From: Malacoraja senta
Taxonomy: Eukaryota
Length of the DNA stretch: 64,000 nucleotides
Reading direction: 5' to 3'
NCBI GenBank assembly: GCA_038087875.1
Contig: CM075978.1
Span: 175,212,001 to 175,276,000 of the forward strand
Shown: piece by piece, positions 25,796 through 37,900 of the stretch
How the letters are laid out: every line of letters starts with the position of its first letter
Numbering within the stretch: position 1 is the stretch's first letter
Notes under the pieces: model-generated
The model's database searches: none
What the model was told of the DNA's origin: nothing
What the model saw: only the letters and a program-made list of their open reading frames with translations
Position numbers and translations under genes: made by a program

Positions 25796-25816
25796 TGACG
25801 TCAAAGTGAAACGGAA
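25796..25816 (+). promoter_or_regulatory. Candidate proximal promoter module of gene A: CRE palindrome abutting an IRF element and an Ets core
   Basis: TGACGTCA 25796-25803 overlapping AAAGTGAAAC 25803-25812, then GGAA, about 110-125 nt upstream of the ATG. Confidence 0.5.
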
Positions 25817-25922
25817 CCATTCGGGCCACGCGGTATTGCTGCAAGACGGTCGCCAACAAGCTTCACTGCTTGACTTGCTGTCAGAGAGCAAACATCGTTG
25901 AATTTCATCATCTTGGCTCAGA

Positions 25923-25977
25923 ATGTTTATGTTTGCCGTGCTGCTGTGTCTCTCGATCCTGCGCATGAGTTACACAG
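25923..25977 (+). CDS. Gene A exon 1, signal peptide MFMFAVLLCLSILRMSYT
   Basis: Hydrophobic leader ending in phase 1 at AG/gttaat, 170 nt upstream of the V exon. Confidence 0.8.
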
Positions 25978-28900
25978 GTTAATATATTTCCCTCTATTAA
26001 ACGAAAATAACAGGGAAAAGGTCAATCCGCAAAAAGTATAAGATGTACAACTCTTACTTTTCGGTCGAGCTATTTCAGCTATTTGGATTTTTATCAATCC
26101 GTTCATTGTCATTTCACATGTTTAACGTTTGTTTTTAATTCTGACAGTTACTGACGGGGCCTCCTCGTTCAGGGTGCGTCAGATTCCCGATAAGGTAACG
26201 AAAGTGAAAGGTGAAAATGTATCCCTATACTGTGCTTTCCCAATCTTCGGTCAGAAAGCACTGGTGGATGTATACTGGAAGAGAGACGGTCAAGAAGAGA
26301 CTTTGAATCCCATCGCAAACAGGAGGATGATAATGAACAATGTCCTGAAGGGATCTGCCGAATTACATCTGTTGGACGTGAGCTTCCGTGACTCCGGGAT
26401 CTATTATTGCAGTGTGAGAGGCGGGGAAGGAAAGAGTTCCAAAAGCAATGGCACGAGGATTATTGTACACGGTGAGTCTTACTTGATGTTTCGAATCACA
26501 ATACAAAAACAAATACGGTGTGCTACAGAGTTATAAAGTAGCAATAAACGGGCCCTTTCTCAGTCTGTACTAGAGGTTTTGCTCTAGCGATTTAAGTAAT
26601 TGATTTTTCGTGATTGTTGGACCATGAGATCTTTGGACAATCATTATTCTTTAATTTCATATCATTTAGTTATCATTTCTATGTGTCGGGTTAATTTTCT
26701 TGGCGGCCCCTCAACTGCATCCTGCGAAAGGAGTATAGATTAAAATTGCAGATGGTAGTCAATGAAATATAAACCATCATATGTTAGCGAGTATTGTAGC
26801 TGCAGTCGTTTAGTCAAAAAAACATTGCGTTCGAGTCTAGACCTGTGATATCCAGATGATGGAGCATTCTTGGGGGTTCACGAATTGAGCTCTTTGTTGT
26901 AGAATAACCATACTTGACCATTTATGTAGTTATTTCTAGTCCAAATAGTAAATGTTAACAAAACGTATGTTGATAGAAGAAACATTTGATGAATAGTGAG
27001 CGTGATATATTCTAACCGCAATCTTGTGTAAGACTATTCTTCCGTGATTTTAGGAAATCATAGTTTCAAAGAAAATGAATGATAAAATACGAGTCACAAC
27101 ACATCTGCGACTACAGAAATTAGTTTCTGCCTAGAACGTTATAGCGGAAGTAACAAAAGTTCATGGTGAAATTGTTAAAGAAATTCAGAGGTATAGCAAG
27201 GGGTGGTGGCGTATTAGTGTGGGTGGAAGACAAAACAACCCCATTAAATTATAAACGGGGGAAAATCTGAGAATAATGCAACAAGTCACAAAATATGTAA
27301 ACAAAGAAGATAAAAGTAGTATCAGAATTCAAATGATTAAATTGCAAATTGAGAATATTAATCAAAACGTTATCCGTCATTTTACGTCGAGTTTCATTGG
27401 AACTCAGCAGAGCGTCGAGTGGGAGAACAGAAGCTTCAGTCTAAATGATAAATACACGTCAGTGGCATACTCGATTGCTAGGTGGAAATATGCCAGAAAG
27501 CTTCACCCAACTGAATACGCTCTTTCCTCCGCACAGCGCACTATTTCAATCCCACATCAGCAACTACTGAATACACACATAAACGCTACTATACCTTGTC
27601 CAGTTTAAGTACCGTGACATGTATTGCGAACACGCCAAATACCTAAAGCATCCCATCAATTTCGAAACTTATAACTGCTCAAAATAGAATTCAACAACTC
27701 CGAAACATAGAACAGGAATAGACCCTTCGGCCCACAATTTCAGTGCCGAATATGGTGCCAAGTTGAAATAATATCCGCTCTTTGCGAGACATATCCTTCC
27801 ATTCCCTGCCTTTGCCTATTTAAAAATATCTAAGATGCCCCTATCGTATCTGGCTCTGCAACTAGGCATGATGTAGTTAAGCTGGAAGGGGTTTAGAGCA
27901 GATTTACGAGGATGTTGCCACGACGCGAGGGTCTGAGCTATAGGGAGAGCCTGAGCAGGCTAGGACGTTATTCCTTGCAGCGCAGGAGGGAAGAGGATCT
28001 TATTAAGGCGTATCTGATCATGACAGGAATAAATCTGGTATATGCATCGCCTTTTACCCAGAGTAGTGGAATCAAGACCTTGTAAACTAAACATTTCACC
28101 ACATTAAATTACAATAACCGAGGAAAAGAAGTTTGCGTCGCAGTGGAGAGATCAATTATGTGCCCGCCACCAGGAAACCGAAATTGTCAGTCCCATGCAC
28201 CCTTTCTTTCTTTCCGATCACTACTTGTGAAATATCCGCGGAAATTCTCTGGTGAGAGCACTTGCATAGATCAGTTTGGGATGGAGATCAAAGATTTACC
28301 CACCGATGTAGAAAGAATGCTTTTGTTACGTGGACTGGAGCATGATGGTGCCGAACATTTGCCGTCAGAGATGGTGTCCTATTTCATGTTGAGTAAATGC
28401 AGTTGCTAAACATTTCATTCTATTAAATCACCCCCCCCCCCCCACACACACACACAACCCCTATGAAAACTCGGCATGGTGCGGCAGCGATAGAGTTGCT
28501 GCCTTACAGCGCTTGCAGCGTCGGAGACCCGCGTTCGATCCTGACTACGGCTGTTGTCTGTACGGAATTTGTACGTTCTACCCGTGAACGCGTGGGTTCC
28601 CTCCGAGATCTTCTGTTTCCTTCCACACCCCAACGACGTAGAGGTATGGTTGTAAATTGGCTTGGTAAATGTAAAAAATATCCCTAGTGTGTGTCGGATA
28701 GTGTTAATATGCGGCAATCGCTGGTCGGCGCGGACTCGATGGGCCGAAAGGCCTGGTTCCGCGTTGTATCTCTAAAACTAAAACACTAAAAAGCAACACA
28801 ATCACCACAGTACAGTGGGCGTGCTTGATACAGGGCGAATTAAGAAGGTTATGGTCAGGGTTAGCGATTAAGTAAATATATGACAGGTGCAAAATGATGT

Positions 28901-31900
28901 GGTTGAGTGAGGATATCCACGCACTGGAAGAAACAAATAGCGAGGTCGAGAAATAGAGAGAGTTGAAGGTGTTGAGGTTCAAATGGACCCGAGTATCCCT
29001 CTAGGTGAGTGATTGAATGTTTGCTTCAACATTTTCGTCTATTATGATTCACGTGAGTTACATATTTTTGCTGCAGACATGTGAGTGTTGGAATCTATCC
29101 CAAACAGTTAAGGGTGATTAATTGCCAATGTACAGGAACAGAACAATATCGCAGCAGCATAACGGGTCTGTAGCACAGTACTCAACAAACAAACCAAAAT
29201 GATTACAATAGAAAACTATATTAGTGCAAAACAAAAACAAATGCTCCAAAGTTCCGAGTACAACAAAGACGGTTTGTATTCGGTTTAGTTGGTGTTTGTA
29301 ATGTCTAATAGCCTGATGGTTGTTGGCAAAAAGCTCTTTCACAACATGAAGGTCATGGTTTTCAAACGCCTATACCTTCTTCTCGATGGCAGTGTGGCAA
29401 GGTTGTGTGGGGTCTTGAAGCTGGCTGCTTTTTTGAGGCAGCTTCTCCTATAGATCTCTTCCATGGTTGGAAGGTCGGAACACCTGATCGACCGGGCAGT
29501 GTCCACCACTTTTTGTAATTCCATTCCTGGGCGTTCGAGTTACTGGACCAGGCTGTGATGCAACCGGTTAATACGCTCTCTACCATATACTGCACAGGTT
29601 TAAGAGCGCTTTCGATTAAAGATGGTGTCAAGCAGGAAACTATGACTATGACTCAATGGCAACACACCGAATCTCCTCAATCTTCTTGAGAATTAGAAGC
29701 ATTGGGGGGCTTTCATATGATTGTATGGATGTGCGGACTTCAGGACGGATCTTCAGAAATATGCATGCCAGGGAACCTGAAGTTTTTGATTCTCTCCACC
29801 ACCGACCCGTCGATGAAGATAGGTTGATGAATCCTGGCCCTTCCTCCTCTAAAGTCAACAATCAGCAATTTTACTGCCATTGAGAGACAGATTGTTGTTC
29901 TAGCACCATTCGATCAGATGATGGAACTCCTCTGACACATCATTACCTGTAATTAGTTCAGCAACGGTGGGGTAGTCTGCAAATTTAAAGGTTGAGTTGG
30001 GACTGTTCCGGGTACACATCCATGGGTATAGAGTGAGCACACAGCCTTGAAGTGCCACTGTTCTGATAGTTATCGAGGATGAAGCGTGAGCAATGTGACA
30101 GCTTCACGGCATTGGTCAGTTCCAATATGGCCTTTTGTATACCTGCTGTTAGAAGATTATGGATTATCTCCAGTGATTTCTTCTTTCCTCTGTGTTATTT
30201 TCCCTTATAGGTGTAGCAAGCTGATGTCAAAAACCAATTGGATCTCAACCATTACATCACGCATGCTACTTCCCCCAAAATCTGTCCTGCTCGCCCTCTC
30301 TCATCCCATGCTTGCTGCGGTTAAGAAGTGATTCTAATGTTTCATTTGTCTGCATCCTCCTTGCATGTTGAGTTTGTGGGAACAAATTACAGTTTCCTTT
30401 GGGTGTCATTTTCCACAGGTTCCGTGGGAAGCCATTTCTCTGCTTCACCCGTTGAGTCATTAATGGCTACATATGGAGTAGTATTTTCATGCTATTATAT
30501 TATATCTGTACCACCTAATAACAATCCAATATTTGAGCCTCTGCACGGTGGCGCAGTGGTAGAGTTGCAGCCTACAGCGCTTACAGCGTCAGAGGCCCGC
30601 GTTCGATCCTACCTACAGGTGCTTGTCTGTACGGAGTTTGTACGTTCTGATAATAAGACGGCGCTTTGACTTCACCCCGTTATTACTTCATTGGAGGGAA
30701 GCAATCACGTTGGTTGGCGTGATAGCTATAATTATCCTCACCTTTTTACAAAAGCTTATGTGAGATGTAATGTATTAATTTATCAATTGTCCATCATTAG
30801 TCCACTTGGGTAGATAACCCTCCTCTAATCGATCTGAAAGATAATGATTTGCTTAATCAACCAATTTCTATACAAACTTATTCCTAGCTCAGAACTCTAC
30901 GTATTATTGTCTATTACCCTTGATCTATTCTTGATTATTGATTATTGGTCATAGTTTGGTATATTTTCCTAAATATATTTGGCATTGGGTTGACACGCTT
31001 TGCAAAAATAAACGCTATCATTGAATATAATCACAGAGTCCTCGAGCAGGAAAACACACATTTCAGCCCAATTGTCCAATGCTCACCAAGATGTCACACC
31101 GTAATTGGCCCTTATCCTTCTCTAAACCTTTTCCCCAATTTATCCGTCCAAATGTCTGGTAAAAATTGTACCTCCCTCAGCGACCTCATCTGGCACCTCA
31201 TTCCATATACCCACCAGCATCTGCATGAAGAGGATGCCCCTTAGGTTCTTGGTAAGTGTTCCCCTCTCGCCTCCCCCGGAATTGAGTCCGCAAAGTACAA
31301 CATTTCACCATTATCCTTTGCTTCCTTACATGGAGCCATTTATCTACCCAGTGGCGAGTTCTCCTTGGACTACATGGGATCTAATGTTCCAGAACAACGT
31401 ACCGTGTGGAACCTTGTCAAAGTCATTTCTGGTCCATACAGACAACGTCTGTCTACTGCTTTGCCCAAATCATCCTTTTTAGTTGCTTTAAATTCAATCG
31501 GATTCGTGTCACACGATATTTCACATATACAACCTTGCTGATAATCCTCGATCAGCTCCTTTCTAATCAAATGCATACATATATTATCCCTCTGAATCCT
31601 TTCCAGTGGCCTTCCTAACACAGACTGGTTTACAGTTCCCAAGGTTTTCCTTCCAGCCCTTCTCAAATATAGCCACAATATTAGCCATCCTCCAGTCTTC
31701 ATATAGGCCTTTTCATGCTATTCCTCTGTTGCTACACACTCTTAATTTGATGTTTTGTTTTCATCAATTCTTGGCGTCTCTAGATTTATACCATTATAAG
31801 ACACAACCGATGTGTTAACTCGCATCAGCACATTCTAAATTACCTGGTACAGGTGTGCGCAAATTTGCAGTTTGCAATATAGATACTGCGCACCGAAGGT

Positions 31901-34900
31901 CACCCATGGATGACACATAACCACATTTGTGGCTATCTATGTTCCCTTTTTACCTCTATTATGTACACTAAATATAAGGTGTCTTCGTCGTTTATCCTAT
32001 TAAAATTTATCAGACTACTTTTAAAAGTTCATCTTAAATACAACTCTCCAGAACATTTTCAAACTTGATCGAATCTTCCCACAGATTCCCAGCATTGTTT
32101 ATTGTTGCTCCTAAAACTACCTTTTTCACTCTAAACTTTATTTATTCTCCGGGTAATATTAGATACTACACCATATGTCAAACGTGCAAATTATTCTGCG
32201 CGTTGTCCCTCACAAGACTTTCACGCATACATAAAGCTGCTTCTCTCTTTCAGCATGTTTTACATATAATACAAAAATGACTCCCTTTACGATTTAATTA
32301 ACACCATTTTCCGTTTGATTGTACCACCTTGAATTCTGCTTTGTCTGGTGGAGCAACGTTGCGTTCCCAGCAGGTACCCAAAACCACCCTATCACCAACT
32401 AGAGAGAGGTCAAGTCCTACCATCTACCTTACTGGAGATTCTCAAACAATCTTCTTATCGGACTTTACGCGACTTTATCTTGAACTAAACGCACTCCGGT
32501 AATCCCGAATCTGTACAATGCGGACGGCTTAATTGTAATCATGTATAGTATTTTCGCTGATTGAATAACACACAACAAAAAGTTTGTCAATGTGGCTCGG
32601 TACACGTGATAATAAACTAAAACTGTTTAGCATAAAAAAAGAGAATCGCCCATGACAAGGAATTCCCAGAGGCAAGATAGCTTTATCAGAGATGACCGAA
32701 TGTTGTGTGCTCTATTTCACAGAGACTTGGCTCACCCCTCTTCCCCAGACTCAGCTGTCCATGCCGATAGTTTCTCCATTCGTCGCATGGACAGAATGAA
32801 GGCATTGGGGAAAGTGATAGGTGGTGACATCTGCCGCACATAGCGCTCAAATATAGTGGTTCTGTCCACCTGCGTTATAACGACGGTTTACTGTACTATA
32901 TATTTCCAACAACATAGATAAAATACTTTACTATTAAAGGAACGCACAAGAAGGTATGGTATTATCCATTTCGAAAGCGATTATATTTTCTTCTAAATAA
33001 ACATATAGGGGTACTAACTCCTTTGTCTTAAATTGTTTGCAGTGTCACCGACGCCTTTGAAGATTAAACAGATGAACATTCCTTCCCTGGCCCTAAACTG
33101 TACAACTGCTCCGTTTTTCCCGGAGGACTGTGAACTTACCTGGTATAAGGATGACCACAAAATCACTTCTGGAATAAGTACCACTAAAATACGGAACGGC
33201 GAGGGATTATACCTTGCTTCCAGCTTCCTGCATGTAGTGGATAGCCGATCGGTTTATAGTTGCAATGTGTCTCACGTCACCCTCCTGGTTCCGACCGTTG
33301 AAACTCACAGATTTCCTGGAATGGGTATGAGGTTTATATCTTCAATAACGTCCTGAGATATATCACTTTATTTATGTAAAGGCATTTCAGGAATTCCCAC
33401 CCAAAACTTACGCCAGACCGTTTTTAAGTATTTGAATGGAGATTGTGGGCAAGCCTTTGTTGTAATGGAAAGGTATGACAGTCTACGAAATTAGATACTT
33501 GTTAGTAAGAGATATCGCGCAAAGATGACAGTTGTGTTTGCATCTTTGTATAATAGCGGACGCTGGAACTCGCTGTTTATCTCCGATCATATAAAGCTCT
33601 ACAGCATGGAAGCAAGGCCCTTCGGCCCGCCCCGTCCACGTCAAGCAAATTGCCATTCTGGCCTAGACCCATCTCTCCGCATTTGACCATTTCCCCTCTA
33701 AATCTTTCTAATCCAAATATCTATGCAAAATTCCTTTGAAAATCACAATTGTATACGCTTCTGTAGCTTCCTCAGAAATAAATTGCCCCTTGTGCCCCTC
33801 TTAACCTTCCCTGTTGAGAATCCATTACCATGGAGAAAACGACTGTAAGCATTCGCTTTCTCTACGCCCATCATAATTTTATATACTTGAATTAGGTAAA
33901 CCTCCTATGCCTCCTATGCCTCATGGGAAGAGGTCACAACCTGCTCAGCTTCACCGGATAACTCCAGCCATGAATTCCAGGTAATACCTTGGTGAATCCT
34001 TTCTGCACCATTTCCAACATAATGATATGCTACGTATAGCAGGAAGACCAGGACTGCACACAGAACACCAACGAGTCGTCTCAGCAAATACTTATAAAGC
34101 TATTTCCCTGCATAATAAGGACATTGTTTAAATGTAAAATAATTTGCACTTATCGCTGTAAAGTTGGAGAGGGATGGTAATCCAACATGAAAACAAGTTG
34201 ACCAAACCAATAAACATGAGGACAGAGGCCAAGGGTAATTTAATAACATATGCGGTCATTAACTCAGATAATTTATTTTTTCATCGTTGCTGATCTGTGA
34301 TGGGATTCAAACAGAAGAGAAAAATGAAAATAAAGGAGAAATAAGAAAATTTGCGAACGGTCATACACACAATACGGAGTAGTGGTAATTCCGGATGATG
34401 AGCGTTCCTATGAACTGTCTGATCTGGTCTGTGCTCCCAGACATTTCTATGTTTTGTTAATTTTATGCGCGCAGCATAATTGATCTATAATTTATCCCAT
34501 TATTTTCATTCATAGAAACTGCCAGTTTTCATCCAATTTTCTGAAATTGGTGAAATCATTGTTCAGGTCTAAGGTTTTAGTCAATGCAGTTGGAAGAGAT
34601 TCCATAACGCTTTTTTGCGACTTCGTTGAGGTAGGACGAGAAGTAAAATAAAATGTAAGATGGATTACGATTTTAGGTACAATTGGAAATTGAGTTAACA
34701 TCTTCTAATTGACAGTTTTAGTTTCAGAGATACCGCGTGGCAACGGAGCCTTCAGCACACCGTCCACGCTGATCGTCGATCACCGGCATATAGTTCTCTG
34801 TTAGAACACTTTTTCATCCACTCCCTGGATACTGGCGACAACTTACAGAAGCCAATTAGCCTACACACTTGCACATCCATTCTATGTGAGATGTGCGAGG

Positions 34901-37900
34901 AGACCGTATCACCCGAAGAACACCAACGCAGTCACATTGAGAACGTACACATTCCACACGGACAGCATTCATGGTTAGGATCAAACCTGTGTCTCTCGCG
35001 CTGTGATACAGCAGGTCTACAGCTGCGCCACTGTGCTGCCGCAGCTCTCGTTTGCATTTGGTGTTTCCCAACTAAAATAGACCTCACCAAATATACTGTA
35101 GTAATTGCAATCTGAAAAGGTGAACTCTGGCGGGAGTACGCAGGTCCCTGGATGGTGTTAATGGAAGTTTTGAAAGGGCAAACATTATAATATCTATCGC
35201 TGAATGTGAAGTTACGGTGAGAAAGGAAATAGGTGTTCGCGGATACTGGAGAGTGAAGATGGTTTGTGGTAAAATAATGCCTTTGCGATAAAGAACGTAG
35301 AGAACAGCAGTCAGGCGGTCCCATGCTCGCTTAAAATCCAGAGCATGATTCCTTGAGATTAGAGGGTAGTAGCATAGAAGATGTTTACAAGAATGATCCC
35401 AGGAATCAGTAGGTTAAATTATGATGAACGTTTGTCGGCACTAGGCCTGTATTCGCTGGAGTTTAGAAAGAATGAGGCGGGACCTCATTGAAACATACAG
35501 AATAGCGAAAGGCTTGGATTGAGTGCATGAGGAGAAGATGTTTCCAATCGCGGGAGAGTTTAGGACTAGAGGTCATAGCCTCAGGATTAAATAATTAAAA
35601 GAAGGCCGTGGAGGCCGTCAGTGGATATGTTTTAGGCAGAGATAGATAGATTCTTGATTAGTACAGGTGTCAGAGGTTATGGGGAGAAGGCAGGGGTTAG
35701 GAGAGAGAGAAAGATCAGCCACGATGGAATGGCGGGTGGCCGAATGGCCCAATTCTACTCCTATCCCCTATAATCTATCCTGCAGTCTCGATTGCTGCCG
35801 CACAAATCCACACGTCTTTTAGATGTGGGAGAAACAGCAGCTCTACTAGATGTGTCGTTGTTGAGCACAAGGTGGTGATTTCCCTTCTCAAGGAACCCAA
35901 GGCCTGTTAAATCATCCTACTGAATGTTTCTCTGCCTCGGATTTGCTAAATGGCACTCATTGTTTTATTGGTCTGAGAGTTTCAGGTTACCAATTGAAAT
36001 AACGGGATTTTTTCGAACGCATTACTAATTGTGCAGCACTTAAAATTACTTAAGATTATTTACAGATTATCGGTGAATCTGTGGAATAATTTGCTACAGA
36101 AGGCCGTGGAGGCCGTCAGTGGATATTTTATAGGCCGAGATAGATAGATTCTTGATTAGTACAGGTGTCCGAGGGTATGGGGAGAATGCAGGAGAATGGG
36201 GTTAGGAGGTAGAGATAGTTCAGACATGATTGAATTGTGGAGTAGACGATTGACCGAATGGCTTAATTCTACTCCTATTGCTTGTGACCGTATGAGCTTA
36301 TGGACAAGGAGAAAGCTCTTCTTGTTCCAGGTGGGTGTTGGGACGAGATATCAGAGCAGCAGACTGATAAAAATTGAGCATGCACGACTGAGAACCAAAC
36401 TATGATGGAGGCAAACACGTTGAAGTAAAGGGTGCTTATAGAAACAGCGATACAACGTTTCAAGGTTTCAAGGTCAGTTTATTGTCACATGTACCAATTA
36501 AAGTCCAGTGAAATTTGCGATTATCAGAAAATGTCAAACAATCTCAGAAAATACATATAGGTAATGGATCCCGTTCACCTGGCTGAGTCGGAGGAAATGC
36601 GCTGGAAATAACGGTGCGAGTACGCGGGCTTGTAATTGGAATTAACGCAATAGCACAACCTCCTTGCTTTTACATGTTAGTCCTTTCTTGATAAATAATA
36701 AGATTCCCATTAGCTATGTACCGGCTTTAACTTTAGTTACCATTATGAAATTCTCTCGACGGGTACCCCCCATTGTATATTTTGTTCTTTTGTCTCATAA
36801 ACTCAATCGCTTAATCTTGGTTGTCTCTTCATCGTTTGGGTTTTCACAAGGTACAAATGTTAAATGTAAGTTTTCCACTTCCCCACTATTATGAATAATA
36901 AGCTCAATCGCAGCGACGGAGACTGTATACTTTTCTCCAGACCCAAAGCCAACGGTTCTAGTGTACATGTTTTGTGTAGTTAAAAGAAGAAAACAGGTGC
37001 TTGGGATCAGCTACCCTAATTGTACAAAACCTACTGTCGCCCCATTTCATTCCCTGCATAGTTCCATCAACTCCCCACAAAATGACCATCGCATTAATGT
37101 CGAGGATAGACACAAAATACTGGAGTAGCTGAACGGGACAGGCAGCGTCTTTGGAGAAAAAGAATGGGTGACGTTTCGGGTTGAAACCCTTCTTCAAACT
37201 TAAAGACTATGTATAGTGGCCAATTAACCAACAATCCTGCAAGTTGTTGAGATTTGGGAAAATGTTAGAGTACGCTACGGAAGTAACGTGATCACCGTGG
37301 GAATATAAAAACTCCAGAGAACACTGGAGGTCAGAATTGATCCAGGGTCTCTGCAGATGTGAAACAGCAGATTTACTAACTGCGAAGATGTGCCAGGAGT
37401 GGATCCAGAGTGTCACTTTCTCGGGCACATATGGTTCAAACTATTTTGAAAGCTGGGATAGTGCACGTTGAGATGGGAAATGTTTGAGATACTCAACAAT
37501 CAGACAGTATGAAGAGTAAAACAAAGCTCAATCTTTATAGGCTACTGATAGACATTTTTAAATTTTAGAATCCGTGTTAAGGATGAAATTTGATTGGAAT
37601 TTTGATTGGGCCGCTGAATAAAATAGAAGCGCAAGGCATTAACGGCAAGGGATTAGCACGGATTGAAGATTGGCTGACTGGCAGAGGGCAAATTGTGGCA
37701 ATAAAGGGGCCTTTTGTGGTTTGTTGCGGTTGAGTAGTGGTGTTCTGCAGGGGTCGGTGTTGTGTCTGCTGCATTTTACATTATATGTTAATGATCTGGA
37801 TGATTAAATTGATGGCCTTTTCGCCATTTTTCAGATGACACTAAGGTAGGTGCAGGGGCAGATAGTGCTGAGGAAGCAGGGAGTTTGCTGAAGGACTTGG

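Noticed and set aside
26497-26511. RSS-like CACAATA / ACAAAAACA just after the V exon
   Set aside because: Heptamer- and nonamer-like parts overlap with no 12/23 spacer and lie in the intron after an already complete V domain.
34728-34805. AG-preceded segment translating as IPRGNGAFSTPSTLIV, reminiscent of a C1 E strand (second C1 exon?)
   Set aside because: Hits a stop, lacks Cys/Trp and a donor, and resembles the decayed reverse-complement SINE/CR1 tail repeat.
36664-36894. Hydrophobic ORF as a possible gene A TM exon
   Set aside because: No suitable in-phase acceptor; a far better TM exon lies at 38059-38169.
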